Assembly (NCBI GenBank): GCA_963737175.1
Contig: CAVTRQ010000019.1
Span: 52,521 to 116,520 of the forward strand
Source: an uncultured Acidobacteriota bacterium
Lineage (GTDB): Bacteria > Acidobacteriota > Terriglobia > Terriglobales > Acidobacteriaceae
Direction of reading: 5' to 3'
DNA length: 64,000 nt
The stretch's first letter is position 1. Each line of letters starts with the position of its first letter. Shown one piece after another: positions 46,787-57,133 of the stretch. A program made the translations under genes and the position numbers. Below the pieces are notes generated by a model, which searched no databases, was not told the origin of the DNA, and was given only the letters and a program-made list of their open reading frames with translations.

Positions 46787-47404
46787 TATTGCGCTTCCTT
46801 ATGTATGGAACCCTGCATGATTCAGGCTCAGAATGGGCCTGAGCGCACGCCCAAGCCGCCCTGACCAACAAACTGTACCATCGCTCCACGCCCGCGCCGC
46901 TGCAGCCCTCTTTTGTATCGCCGCCTTCTGGACCAATTTTGCGCAGCCGGAAAACAGTGCCTGAAATGGACCTGAGCCCAGCACCACCGCAATTCGTGCG
47001 TGCGAGGTACTGCTTACGCTATCCGCGTCGGCACGATGCCGTCTGAGCAAGAATGCTCACTCATGAAAGCCCGAATGCTCTCGGTGCGACTGAACCGGTT
47101 TGCCGTTCCTACTTGCCGCTCTCATTCACTTTTCACGAAGGTGAGCAATGTTGAACAGAATGCCTGATCCAGAGTTGCTAGGGTGGCACCTGTAACAAGG
47201 TCGTCAGTCATCGGCAGGGAAGGGACACGGATGAGAACACACAGTAATCAAGCGTTAGCCCGGACCGGGCTGTCACATTGCTCGCCACAACCGTTGTCGT
47301 ACCTTCCTGTCAATAAAGTTTCGCCGTCAATTTTGCGGCGAGTCCCACCAACCCTCGGGCTGGAGAACACATTTCGCGTTATTGAAGCTCAGGAGAAAAT
47401 TCGG

Positions 47405-49207
47405 ATGTCATCGCATTCAATCGGCCATATTGGTCGTGTTATAGCAACGTTATCGGCAACGGCCGCGCTCCTGTGCGGCTTTGGCACACTGGCCATGGCT
47501 CAGGAACAACCGGCTCCCAAGTGGGAGCTTTACGGCGGATACTCTTTTCTGTATCCAGGCGCGGACGTGCACGGAACTCTTCCGCCAGGATCGATTCCTC
47601 TGAGCAGTCACTTGGACTGGAACTTGCGCGGAGCTGGAGCCAGCGCCACCTATGATTTCACTCGGCATTTCGGAATCACCGTCGATGCCAGCGACCATTG
47701 GGGCATCAGCGAAAACAGAATTGATCACGTCGATTTCTCCAACCTCTCCATCGGTCCAAAGTTCACATTCCGTCATTCTCATCTCTCGCCATTTCTTGAG
47801 GTGCTAGGTGGCGACCAACGTCTTTACCCTGAAGCCTTCCATCATGTCGACAAGTTAGGGCTCATGGCGGGTGGTGGTCTTGATGTCAATTTGACCAAAC
47901 ACTTTGCTTTGCGGCCGATCAGGGCCGACTATGTAATGTCCAGCTATCGCTATGGTCCTTCGGCTACCACTCCGACCACCGTTCTCAACGGCGTGCGACT
48001 ACAGACGGGCGCCGTGTTTATGTTCGGCGGCGGAGCGCCTGCGGTGGCACCCAGTGCGACTTGCTCGGTACAGCCAATGGAAGTCTTTGCAGGCGAGCCG
48101 GTGACCGCGACTGCCGGCGGATCCAATTTCAATCCCAAGCGTACGGTCAAATACAACTGGTCCGGCACCGGAGTAAAGGTTTCCGGCAGCAGCCCTTCCA
48201 CTCAGATTGACACCAGCGGATTGGCGCCAGGTTCCTACCAAGTCACGGCCAACCTGAGCGACGGAAGCCATACCGGAGTCGCTTCCGCCAGCGCTAGCTT
48301 CACCGTGAAGCGGCCAAATCCGCCGTCCATTTCGTGCTCGCCGAGCCCGACGAGGATACCGATGGGCGGGACCTCAATCATCACTTCGAATGCCAGCAGT
48401 CCTGACGGTCGCAGCCTGACTTACAGCTATACCGCCAGCGCCGGAAGCATTTCCGGCAACGGCTCAACTGCTACCCTGGAAACCAGGGGCGCAGGGCCGG
48501 GGATGATCACCGTCACCTGCACTGCAAGCGATAACCGCAATCCGCCGCTCACGAGTACTTCCACAACGACTGTGAACGTGCAAACGCCGGCGCCTGCCGT
48601 TGTCGTGGAGACACCGGAAGTGATTGCCATCGCGAAAAGACTGGCGATCCACAGTGTGTATTTTGCAACCGCCAAGCCAACGGACAAAAATCCCGACGGT
48701 GGCCTGGTTCCCAGTCAGGAAAACACTCTTGCTACGCTCGCCAGTGATTTCCAGACCTATCTTCAAAGCAAGCCAGAGGCTCGCTTGACTCTGGAAGGTC
48801 ATGCCGACCCGCGCGGTTCGGTGGAATACAATCAGGCACTTTCCGAACGGCGTGTGGAACGCACCAAGCGCTTCCTGGTCGAGAAGGGCGTTCCGGCAGC
48901 CAGTATTCAGACCGAGGCGTTCGGTAAGCAACATGAACTCAGCGAAGCCGAAGTGAGAAGCTCGGTGGAACGAAACCCCGAACTAAGCACGGAACAACGG
49001 CAGAGGTTGCTCGATCATAGCAATACGATCTTCCTCGCCAGCAACCGCCGTGTGGACATCACTCTGAGCACGGATGGTCAGAAGGCTCAGCAGTCAGTCC
49101 GCGAATTTCCATTCAACGCCGCGGATTCACTGACCCTACTCGATACCGCCGAAAGCGGTAAGTCGGCAAATTCTGCGGCGAAAAAGAAGAAAGCCACGAA
49201 GAAGTAA
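47405..49207 (+). CDS. OmpA-family outer-membrane protein (N-terminal beta-barrel, two Ig-like repeats, C-terminal OmpA domain)
   Basis: Signal peptide 'RVIATLSATAALLCGFGTLAMAQ' (ATG 47405, AGGAG upstream). OmpA motif 'LEGHADPRGSVEYNQALSERRVERTKRFLVEKGV'. Confidence 0.8.
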   Translation: MSSHSIGHIGRVIATLSATAALLCGFGTLAMAQEQPAPKWELYGGYSFLYPGADVHGTLPPGSIPLSSHLDWNLRGAGASATYDFTRHFGITVDASDHWGISENRIDHVDFSNLSIGPKFTFRHSHLSPFLEVLGGDQRLYPEAFHHVDKLGLMAGGGLDVNLTKHFALRPIRADYVMSSYRYGPSATTPTTVLNGVRLQTGAVFMFGGGAPAVAPSATCSVQPMEVFAGEPVTATAGGSNFNPKRTVKYNWSGTGVKVSGSSPSTQIDTSGLAPGSYQVTANLSDGSHTGVASASASFTVKRPNPPSISCSPSPTRIPMGGTSIITSNASSPDGRSLTYSYTASAGSISGNGSTATLETRGAGPGMITVTCTASDNRNPPLTSTSTTTVNVQTPAPAVVVETPEVIAIAKRLAIHSVYFATAKPTDKNPDGGLVPSQENTLATLASDFQTYLQSKPEARLTLEGHADPRGSVEYNQALSERRVERTKRFLVEKGVPAASIQTEAFGKQHELSEAEVRSSVERNPELSTEQRQRLLDHSNTIFLASNRRVDITLSTDGQKAQQSVREFPFNAADSLTLLDTAESGKSANSAAKKKKATKK

Positions 49208-49252
49208 TAGCAGAATGAATTGAGGACAGGCGCATACAAGCGCTCTGCCGGG

Positions 49253-49286
49253 GGGCTCGTCATTCAGTGGCGAGCCCATTTTTGTT
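49253..49286 (+). terminator. Rho-independent terminator after the OmpA-family gene
   Basis: GGGCTCG (49253-49259) pairs with CGAGCCC (49271-49277), followed by ATTTTTGTT. Confidence 0.6.
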
Positions 49287-49355
49287 CACAGCATTAGCCG
49301 TCAGATCGCGCAGGGAGGCTGTTCGCCACCGGCTTTCACGTTTATATGAGAGTTG

Positions 49356-51038
49356 TTACCGAAGCTGTCTCTCGTAAATTTCATAACATTCGTACTCAGA
49401 TACTTTCCCCAGCCAAAATTGTGCTCCGCAAAATTCGCGCCTTCTTACGAAGTGCCTCTTCGCGAGCTGCACGCTTGCGAACTCGGACCTTGCAGGTTTG
49501 GAAGTAGTCTGGCCACCCGTAGAAACCACAATAATCGCCTTATTGGGAGGGGCCTCGTAGAGGATTCGATTGGATTCAGAAGCCCTTCGAGTTGACCAGG
49601 TCCAGAATGCCGTAGGCCAGTTGACGAAGATATTCCTGTCGTAATATGCCTGCACGCCTGTTCCATAGAAATTCACGCTGTAGATAGGCCTGCCGCCCAC
49701 GTAAGGACGAAGAAACTCAGCAGTAGCTCTGGCGCCGGAATATGGCCCTTGCACTTCATCGCGCACCGTTTTCGCCGTCGACGGCAACTGGAAGACCAGC
49801 AACACAGCCAGCGCGACTGCCAGAATTCGTGTTGGAGATTCAAACTCAGGCAGGTGCCCGGCGGGCCACGCTCCCCATACTGAAACCAGAAATGCAGTCA
49901 GAGCCATTCCGTGATGCCACGGTCGAGACCAAACCAATCCCATGGCAAACACCGTAAAGAGGAACGGAAGAGCGCAATGTAGCTGCTTCACTGCAACAAA
50001 CCAGGCGAGCACTAAGATCAGCAGAACCACGCCCCCACCAATTCCGAAGAAGGTGATATTTCCGGTACTCATCTGGTATGCCACGACCAAGGTAGCGATC
50101 GACGGCAGTACGAAAGAGCGTTTCTTTGCGGCAATCACCCAAATCGTGAAGAGGAGCAGCAGGCTTAGTCCCCAAGTCATATTCAGGCCGAGCGCGATAC
50201 CCAATTTCGGAAGGCCGCTCAGTCCCTTGGTAATGCTCCCCAATACGGTTTCCTTTTGAAGTTGGATCGCCGCCTTGAAGCTGCAGTCTGGAAATGGAGT
50301 CGCGAGAGACCTGGCAACTGCCGCAGAAGCCAGCACCAAAGCACCGGCTACGCTGGTTTCGAAGATTTGGCTTCGCGAAGGCCGCTGTTTGCGAAAGTCC
50401 CGAATGCATTCCCAGGCAAACGCGCAGGCAATTCCTGCCGCGATCATGAATCCGTGCATGTTGGTTTGCGCCAGCAATGCCACAACAAAGCCAAGGGGAA
50501 TCACGCGAACCGGCTTCGCTCTCCAGAGCGCAACCGCCGCAAAGGCGAGGAGAGTCGACAATGCATAACTTCGAGCTACAACCGCGTACTGATACTGGTA
50601 ATAAAAGGTGAATGGAAGCAGCACGCGGACGGGCGCGGGAAGTGGGCTCCAGCGCAGCCAGATATACATTCCAGCCGCCATCAGGGTAAGGGACACGGCT
50701 CCCAGTGCCGCATAGGGCAGGTGCAGTCGAATCAGTACCCAGAGTAGAAGGTGCCAGAGCGGAGGACTGCCTTCGTACCCCATCTGATGCAGAATTCCGC
50801 GAATGCCAAGGTCGCGCGCGATGAGCCAAGCTTGCGCCTCATCCGCCCACGGCTCGTGAAAGCAGACTGCCAAGGCTGCAATCGCCGTGAATATAAACAA
50901 CACCAGGCACTCGGCGAAAGACAGCCCGACGAAGCGGCGGTTCAGAAGCCTTACCTTCAGTTGGCACTTTCTTTCCATCACAATGGCAGGGAGGACACCC
51001 TGGACTTCAGTTCGAGTGCACGCAGTTTGTAGAACCAA
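49356..51038 (-). CDS. Polytopic membrane protein, GT-C-like glycosyltransferase candidate
   Basis: ~560 aa with more than 10 hydrophobic segments. It has an early acidic loop 'HEPWADEAQAWLIARD' of the kind seen in ArnT/PMT-type enzymes. The start is uncertain (51038 or 50978). Confidence 0.45.
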   Translation of the reverse strand: MVLQTACTRTEVQGVLPAIVMERKCQLKVRLLNRRFVGLSFAECLVLFIFTAIAALAVCFHEPWADEAQAWLIARDLGIRGILHQMGYEGSPPLWHLLLWVLIRLHLPYAALGAVSLTLMAAGMYIWLRWSPLPAPVRVLLPFTFYYQYQYAVVARSYALSTLLAFAAVALWRAKPVRVIPLGFVVALLAQTNMHGFMIAAGIACAFAWECIRDFRKQRPSRSQIFETSVAGALVLASAAVARSLATPFPDCSFKAAIQLQKETVLGSITKGLSGLPKLGIALGLNMTWGLSLLLLFTIWVIAAKKRSFVLPSIATLVVAYQMSTGNITFFGIGGGVVLLILVLAWFVAVKQLHCALPFLFTVFAMGLVWSRPWHHGMALTAFLVSVWGAWPAGHLPEFESPTRILAVALAVLLVFQLPSTAKTVRDEVQGPYSGARATAEFLRPYVGGRPIYSVNFYGTGVQAYYDRNIFVNWPTAFWTWSTRRASESNRILYEAPPNKAIIVVSTGGQTTSKPARSEFASVQLAKRHFVRRREFCGAQFWLGKVSEYECYEIYERQLR

Positions 51039-51234
51039 AATGTTGAAGCGGAATACGGCCCAGAACCACGGTCTGCGCCAGGGTAGTGGCGAGCACTCCG
51101 GCGACGATTACAATCGCCGCCGAAGCGAAAAGCTTGTCGGCTCGGTCTTCGGTGCCGGATGCCGTAGAAATGGCCGTCTTGCATCCTAAAGGCCAGCGTA
51201 TCTGCTCAACGGCGGTCGGGGGGACGACTGCGAA

Positions 51235-51372
51235 TCAGCCTTTCGCCGGTTCATCCTTGCCGATTCGTGAGACGGTTTGGGTAAAGTCCTCGCGCCTGCG
51301 TCCGGGAGTGGGTTTAGGCTGCGGTTTGGCGGTCTTCTTCTTTTCTGGTTTTGCTGAGCTCTTGTTTCCCAT
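51235..51372 (-). CDS. Possible small basic protein (45 aa)
   Basis: My own translation gives 'MGNKSSAKPEKKKTAKPQPKPTPGRRREDFTQTVSRIGKDEPAKG'. No Shine-Dalgarno sequence was seen, so support is weak. Confidence 0.2.
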   Translation of the reverse strand: MGNKSSAKPEKKKTAKPQPKPTPGRRREDFTQTVSRIGKDEPAKG

Positions 51373-51639
51373 TTGAACAGTCTATCCGCAATCACTCCTA
51401 CTGACCAGCGCGGCGGTGGAGCGCGGTCGCCATCACGGAGTGAATGGGAGGGAGTGGTCGACCTCTGTGCCGCATCGCTTAGCGCGGTGCCCGTCGCCCG
51501 GAGTTTTCCGCGGGAGAATTTCCTTGATTCGTCCTGCTCTGGTTTGTACAGTTGATACGATCCGCTAGGGGAAACTCCTTGTGTGAGGGTTTCCGCGTGC
51601 GAGGTGTCGGATTAGACAGAGAAAAACAGTTGTGCCTGG

Positions 51640-53370
51640 GTGGAGGCATTCTTGTCAGATTCGCACATTACCGTTCCTGCCGCGCAGTTTGTTCGGAAGC
51701 TCAGAGCGAAGTTCCCGCAGTACGCATCTCTTGCCGACGATCGCTTGATTGAGTTCTTCATAAAGCCGAATCCGCAGTACCGGGTGACCTACGAAGGCAC
51801 CACTCCCGTTAGCGTCAGTTGGGATCGTCCGGCTCCAGGTCCGGCCTTGGCGGACCAAGCAACAGCGTTTGCGGTGCCTTCCGCCGAGAAGAAGGCGAAA
51901 ATAGAATCCACCCTTTCCCCCATAAAGCAGTGTGTCGTCTGCGAGGCCGCCATTCCTCAGACGGCGAAGTTCTGTCTGGAGTGCGGTGCTTCTCAGAATC
52001 CAAAACCAGAAGCCAATCGAACCCCAAGTGCTCCCGCGGATGCACCCAATCCCGTTCTGACTTTGCCGTCCGAAGCTGTCGCAACCCCAACTGCTGAGGC
52101 TCGTCCCAGTTGGCATGAAACCGCCACGGAGGGCACACCAGAAGAGCCGTACAGGACAGAACTGGACGAGGAACCTGACAGCGGTGCCGCTAAAAGCCCG
52201 GTAAAGCATCAGGGTGAAAGCGACGGGTCGCTCCGCAATCAATGGATTGCGATTGTGCTCGTAGCAGTGGTGGTGATCAGTGCTGGCTTCACAGCAGTTC
52301 GTAACAGAGGAAAAGACGTCCAGCTACCAGACGGCACCAAGATTTTCGGGCAACGCACGCTGAAAGACGGCACCGTAAGAATGAGGCGCATTGAGTTCCC
52401 CGACGGGCAGAAGAATTTTGACGAGACGCGTTTTCCAGATGGCACCGCAAAGGCAGCGCGGGTTGAATTCCGGGATGGGAGTGAGAACTTCGATAGGACT
52501 TGGCTCCCGGACGGCACCCAGAAAATAGCGCGTATCGAATTTCCGAATGGGCAGAAGCGCTTCGACGTAACAATCCTTCCAGACCACACCGAGAATACAG
52601 GGCGCGATGAGTTTCCCGACGGGAAGAAGAGGTTTGACCTGACGATTCTTCCGGACGGCACCCAAAAAATAGGGCGTATTGAGTTTCCGGACGGGAGTAA
52701 GAATCTCGACGTGACGATCCTTCCGGACAGCACTCAGAAAATTGGGAGGGATGAGTCCATCAACGGGAAAAGCGACATCGCCATGACGATTCTTCCGGAC
52801 GACACCCAGAAAGTTGGGCGTGGAAAGTCCATCAAGGGGAATCAGAACCTCGACGTGACGCCGCTTCGGGATGGAACAAATCCGGGCGGCACAAAAGCGG
52901 TCGCCGTTGGTGGATTTTACGCGGGAATGACATGGAAAGAAGCGGAGGCGATGTTAAACAGGCACAGTGCAACCTGCGCAAAAGGGAGTGGCGTCGGGGA
53001 GAGTCCTCATGCCAAAACTTGTGTGATTAAGTATCGGGCTAAACAAGGGAACGCTACCTTCCTAGGTTTTTACGACGACTATTTATATGTCATCGTAAGT
53101 AATTGTCGCGTCTCTGGCAGTGACTCGTGTGTCATCTTCGGCCGCACCCTGAAAGAAGTGAAGCACAGTTTCGGCCCCGGCAGAACGTCGGTCAGAAAGT
53201 CAGCAAACGGCTCCGATATCCCATGCTGGCATGTCGGAGATGTGACCTACTTCGCAGATAACGAGCCCGATAATCTCAGTCAGCTAGAAGTTTACGATTT
53301 CAAGTACGCTCCGCCTTCGGTTCAGGCACAACGAAGCAACGACCCGGTATGCACAGGCACGGCAAACTAA
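51640..53370 (+). CDS. Zinc-ribbon / single-TM / 12-residue-repeat membrane protein
   Basis: 'CVVCEAAIPQTAKFCLECG' is a zinc ribbon. It is followed by a Pro/Glu-rich linker, the TM 'WIAIVLVAVVVISAGFTAV', about 15 tandem 12-aa units, and a Cys-containing C-terminal domain. Confidence 0.7.
   Translation: MEAFLSDSHITVPAAQFVRKLRAKFPQYASLADDRLIEFFIKPNPQYRVTYEGTTPVSVSWDRPAPGPALADQATAFAVPSAEKKAKIESTLSPIKQCVVCEAAIPQTAKFCLECGASQNPKPEANRTPSAPADAPNPVLTLPSEAVATPTAEARPSWHETATEGTPEEPYRTELDEEPDSGAAKSPVKHQGESDGSLRNQWIAIVLVAVVVISAGFTAVRNRGKDVQLPDGTKIFGQRTLKDGTVRMRRIEFPDGQKNFDETRFPDGTAKAARVEFRDGSENFDRTWLPDGTQKIARIEFPNGQKRFDVTILPDHTENTGRDEFPDGKKRFDLTILPDGTQKIGRIEFPDGSKNLDVTILPDSTQKIGRDESINGKSDIAMTILPDDTQKVGRGKSIKGNQNLDVTPLRDGTNPGGTKAVAVGGFYAGMTWKEAEAMLNRHSATCAKGSGVGESPHAKTCVIKYRAKQGNATFLGFYDDYLYVIVSNCRVSGSDSCVIFGRTLKEVKHSFGPGRTSVRKSANGSDIPCWHVGDVTYFADNEPDNLSQLEVYDFKYAPPSVQAQRSNDPVCTGTAN
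52324..52878 (+). repeat. About 15 tandem 36-nt (12-aa) coding repeats, alternating 'FPDGxKxFDxTx' and 'LPDGTQKIGRIE' types
   Basis: Read from the translation: LPDGTKIFGQRT LKDGTVRMRRIE FPDGQKNFDETR FPDGTAKAARVE FRDGSENFDRTW LPDGTQKIARIE FPNGQKRFDVTI LPDHTENTGRDE FPDGKKRFDLTI LPDGTQKIGRIE FPDGSKNLDVTI LPDSTQKIGRDE SINGKSDIAMTI LPDDTQKVGRGK SIKGNQNLDVTP. Confidence 0.85.
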
Positions 53371-53485
53371 GACCAACGTATTTTGCGCATAAGAATCCGA
53401 AGACCATCCATCATCGCGGGTATGGCAGCTTCGTTGTAGATGGTGAGATGATCAAGCTGAAGTCGAGAATGCGATAATCGGCACT

Positions 53486-54943
53486 ATGACGAACCCAAGC
53501 CAGTCAGCTTCTAAGCCGCGGGTCGATAAACCGATCACGCCGCTTCGCGCTCTGGCCGACCGGGCGTTTTCCCGAACTGCAGGGGCGCCCCTGATCCTGG
53601 GGAATAAGGTGAGTGTCCTGCAGGACGCGACCGAAAACTATCCTGCATGGCTGGAAGCAATTCGCTCCGCCAATAGCCGAATTTATTTCGAAAACTACAT
53701 TATCCGTTCTGACGCTGTAGGCGAGCAGTTTGCTGAAGCTCTGGCGGCCAAGGCACGCCGAGGCGTGCGGGTAAGACTGATCTACGACTGGCTGGGAGCA
53801 CTGGGCGCAACCTCGAATCGGTTCTGGAAGTCATTGCGGCAGGCAGGAGTGGAGGTAAGGTCCTGCAACCCACCCCGTCTCGATAGCCCTTTGGGCTGGC
53901 TGAGTCGCGATCACCGCAAGATGCTCTCGGTCGACAGCCGAATCGCTTTCATCTCCGGCCTGTGTGTGGGCCGCCGATGGGCGGGCGATCCACTCCGTAA
54001 CATCGAACCCTGGCGTGACACCGGTGTTGTGATTGAAGGACCTGCGGTCGTCGATATCGAGCAGGCGTTTGCGACCATGTGGGCAACCCTGGGTTCGCCG
54101 ATCTCCGAAGAAGAACTTCCCCATGAGAGAGAGCCCATTCCGGCGGCTGGTGACGTGGCTTTACGCGTTGTGGCAAGCATGCCAAATTTCGCCGGTGTTT
54201 ACCGGTTGGACCAACTGATCGCAGCGATTGCCCGGCGTTCGATCTGGCTGGCTGACGCCTACTTTGTCGGAACGACATCCTACGTGGAGGCCCTCAAGGC
54301 GGCGGCGCAGGATGGCGTGGATGTCAGGCTCCTGGTGCCCAGGGCCAGCGATATTCCGGTTATACGTGCGGTGTCCCGAGCCGGATTCCGGGGACTGCTG
54401 GAAGGCGGAGTGAGGATCTTCGAATGGAACGGTCCCATGATGCATGCCAAGACGGCGGTCGCTGACGGTCGCTGGGCAAGGGTGGGTTCGACCAACCTCA
54501 ATATGGCCAGTTGGATAGGAAACTGGGAGCTAGACGTCATCGCGGAGGACGAACGGCTTTCGCGGAAGTTGGAGAACATGTATATGCAGGACTTGGCCCA
54601 TTCGGTCGAGATTGTCCTGCGAGAGAAGCGAAAGGTACGTCCGGCGGTCGAGCGGCCGAGAAAAGGACCGACCCGGAGAACTGCATCCGGAAGCGCCGGA
54701 CGTGCAGCCGCCGGAGTTCTTCGAATCGGCAACGCGGTAGGAGCGGCGATCACCAATCATCGAGTCCTGGGGCCGGCTGAAGCCAGGATTATGTTTACCG
54801 TGGCCTGGTTGCTACTGTTGCTGATGGTGGTCGCCATCGTCTGGCCTCGGGTGGTTGCGCTTCCAATCGCCGTGTTGGGTGGATGGATGGCAATTTCGCT
54901 GCTTGCAAAAGCTTATCGACTGCGCTGCCGTCGCAACGAGTAA
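53486..54943 (+). CDS. Phospholipase D / cardiolipin synthase-like protein with C-terminal TM anchor
   Basis: Two HKD motifs, '[16 protein letters not shown]' and '[21 protein letters not shown]'. Hydrophobic C-terminus '[37 protein letters not shown]'. Confidence 0.75.
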   Translation: MTNPSQSASKPRVDKPITPLRALADRAFSRTAGAPLILGNKVSVLQDATENYPAWLEAIRSANSRIYFENYIIRSDAVGEQFAEALAAKARRGVRVRLIYDWLGALGATSNRFWKSLRQAGVEVRSCNPPRLDSPLGWLSRDHRKMLSVDSRIAFISGLCVGRRWAGDPLRNIEPWRDTGVVIEGPAVVDIEQAFATMWATLGSPISEEELPHEREPIPAAGDVALRVVASMPNFAGVYRLDQLIAAIARRSIWLADAYFVGTTSYVEALKAAAQDGVDVRLLVPRASDIPVIRAVSRAGFRGLLEGGVRIFEWNGPMMHAKTAVADGRWARVGSTNLNMASWIGNWELDVIAEDERLSRKLENMYMQDLAHSVEIVLREKRKVRPAVERPRKGPTRRTASGSAGRAAAGVLRIGNAVGAAITNHRVLGPAEARIMFTVAWLLLLLMVVAIVWPRVVALPIAVLGGWMAISLLAKAYRLRCRRNE

Positions 54944-55013
54944 TCTCGATGATCCACAACCATGGGCAGCTCTCCATCCACCCGTCGTCCGCGCCCTGCC
55001 GCTTCGATTGCCG

Positions 55014-56762
55014 TCACATAGCCTGAGTTGCAGAGGCGACATCGACCGGTACCATGCCAGGAATCACAAAAGCCTGCAGCAGAACGATAGCGATAACGAA
55101 AAGAAGCAGGATCACCGAATAGCGCAGCGTGCTCCGGAAAATATCCGTCTCGCGACCCACCAGTCCAGTAGCTGCACACGCAATCGCGATCGATTGCGGA
55201 GAGATTAACTTACCCATTACTCCGCCGAAGAGATTGGCTGATGTGGTAAGAACGGGGTTGACGTTGATGGCCACGGCTGTTACTTGCTGTAACTTTCCAA
55301 ACAGCGCCGCCGAAGACGTGACCGATCCGGTGAGGAACACACCTATCCAGCCAATTACTGGGGAGAAAGCAGGAAAGGCGCGACCGGTATAGTGTGCGAA
55401 TGCCAGTCCGAGCGTGTACGACATGCCGGAATAATTTGCCAGGAATGCAATGCCGAGTACCGATGCCAGGGTCACAAGCGCAAATGAAAGCTGTTTGAAT
55501 GTCTTCTGGAGGACCTTCACGCCACGTCCCGGTCCAATGCCAAGAATGACCATTGCGACCAGAGCCGAGATCATCATTGCCGTACCGGCGGCGGAAAAGA
55601 ACTCCCAGCGATAACTGGCCGCGTATTTGGCTGGCTTCGCAACGATCGGTGCGGAACGAAATACAATTCCGTCCAGCCACGGCCACGATGGAATATTAAC
55701 GAACCAATGGAGTTTATTGAGAATCAGTCTCTTATAAGCAGGAATTCCCCATATGCCCATGATCGCCATCAGGACGACATACGGAGACCATGCCTTGGTG
55801 ACTTGGGCAGCCGTGTAGGTTACTTCTATCTCTCTGGAGACCTCCAGGACGGCGGAGGAAGACCGTGTTTTGGTCGCCTGGCCGGCAGTGTAAGTCGCTT
55901 CCATCTCTCTGGGGAGCGCGGGATCGTTTTCAAAGCGCCAGATGCTCTTCGGCTTCCAGAATTTGAGAAAGGCAATGAGGCACACGATAGAGACGAATGA
56001 CGAAAGAATAGCGGGAAGTTCGACCCCAATATATCTGGTGACGATGTAGCAGGCAATTGCATAACTGACACCCGCCACCAGTGCCGCCGGAAGCACCTCC
56101 ATCGCCTTCTTCCAGCCCGCGAGCACCACCAGCATAAAGATAGGAATGATCAGCGCCATGATGCACATATCCAGCCCGATGGCACGGGTCAACACGCTGT
56201 CATTGATCTTGGTTACGGAGATCATCATTTGCGTCGGCACACCCACCGGTCCGAAGGGAACTGGCGGTGTATTCGCGACCAGGCAGACAATGGCCGCTGA
56301 GAGTGGCGGAAAGCCCATTCCAATGAGCATGGCGGCAGCCACCGCAACCGGCGCGCCCTGCCCCGAAACTCCTTCCATGAAAGCTGAGAAGCAAAAAGCG
56401 ATCAGCAGCGCCTGCAATCTGCGATCTGCCGAGATGGAAGAGATGGAGCTTTTGATGATCTCAAACTGGCCTGCCTCGACGGTCAAGTTGTAGAAGAACA
56501 CGGCAGTCAGAATGATCCATCCAATCGGGAACAGGCCATTCAGCATGCCGAGAACACTTGCGGAGAGCGCGGCGCGTACAGGCATGTGGTATGCAAGGAT
56601 AGTCACGATCAGCGTCAAGAGTAACGTCAAAAGTCCGGCAATATGCCCTTTCATTCGCTTGAACGCTAGCGCCCAGAATAAAAATAAGATCGGGATGGAG
56701 ACAACGAGCGCGGTGAGTCCAAGGCTGTTTCCAACTGCAGAATAGTTATGGTACCAAGGCAT
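55014..56762 (-). CDS. L-lactate permease (LctP family)
   Basis: 'MPWYHNYSAVGNSLGLTALVVSIPILFLFWALAFKRMKGH...LNGLFPIGWIILTAVFFYNLTVEAGQFEIIK' is typical of LctP/GlcA. The start is taken at ATG 56762. Confidence 0.85.
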   Translation of the reverse strand: MPWYHNYSAVGNSLGLTALVVSIPILFLFWALAFKRMKGHIAGLLTLLLTLIVTILAYHMPVRAALSASVLGMLNGLFPIGWIILTAVFFYNLTVEAGQFEIIKSSISSISADRRLQALLIAFCFSAFMEGVSGQGAPVAVAAAMLIGMGFPPLSAAIVCLVANTPPVPFGPVGVPTQMMISVTKINDSVLTRAIGLDMCIMALIIPIFMLVVLAGWKKAMEVLPAALVAGVSYAIACYIVTRYIGVELPAILSSFVSIVCLIAFLKFWKPKSIWRFENDPALPREMEATYTAGQATKTRSSSAVLEVSREIEVTYTAAQVTKAWSPYVVLMAIMGIWGIPAYKRLILNKLHWFVNIPSWPWLDGIVFRSAPIVAKPAKYAASYRWEFFSAAGTAMMISALVAMVILGIGPGRGVKVLQKTFKQLSFALVTLASVLGIAFLANYSGMSYTLGLAFAHYTGRAFPAFSPVIGWIGVFLTGSVTSSAALFGKLQQVTAVAINVNPVLTTSANLFGGVMGKLISPQSIAIACAATGLVGRETDIFRSTLRYSVILLLFVIAIVLLQAFVIPGMVPVDVASATQAM

Positions 56763-56967
56763 AAGGGCCTCATGTTGATGTGTGCTGCAAAACCAGAACA
56801 GATAGACGACGGTATCTTCTCTCACAAATATCGGAATGTCTATGATTTTGAGTGGGGGGTACCAAAACGCGGCACTACTTAACGCGGCAATCGCGCGGCA
56901 CTGCTAAAAAACAGCACCACCAGCCGCAGCGATCACTCGGCAACTCTACTTAAGAGCTGCCGAGTCA

Positions 56968-57027
56968 GCAGCGCACGTCGTAATTGGGGCAGGGCACGAA
57001 CGGGTTTGCCCTGTGCGCTGCCCCAAT
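56968..57027. promoter_or_regulatory. Intergenic element with mutually exclusive hairpins
   Basis: ATTGGGGCAG (56983-56992) is the perfect complement of CTGCCCCAAT (57018-57027). GCAGCGCAC (56968-56976) is the complement of GTGCGCTGC (57013-57021). CAGGGCA (56990-56996) is the complement of TGCCCTG (57007-57013). Confidence 0.5.
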
Positions 57028-57133
57028 CACGGGGCGCCCCCCGCCCGAATATGAAAACCCGTTGCAATGACAACTTGAGTTCCTATAGGCACATCCACTG
57101 TTCATCAGAAATGTGTCAATCAGGAGGTTGAGA

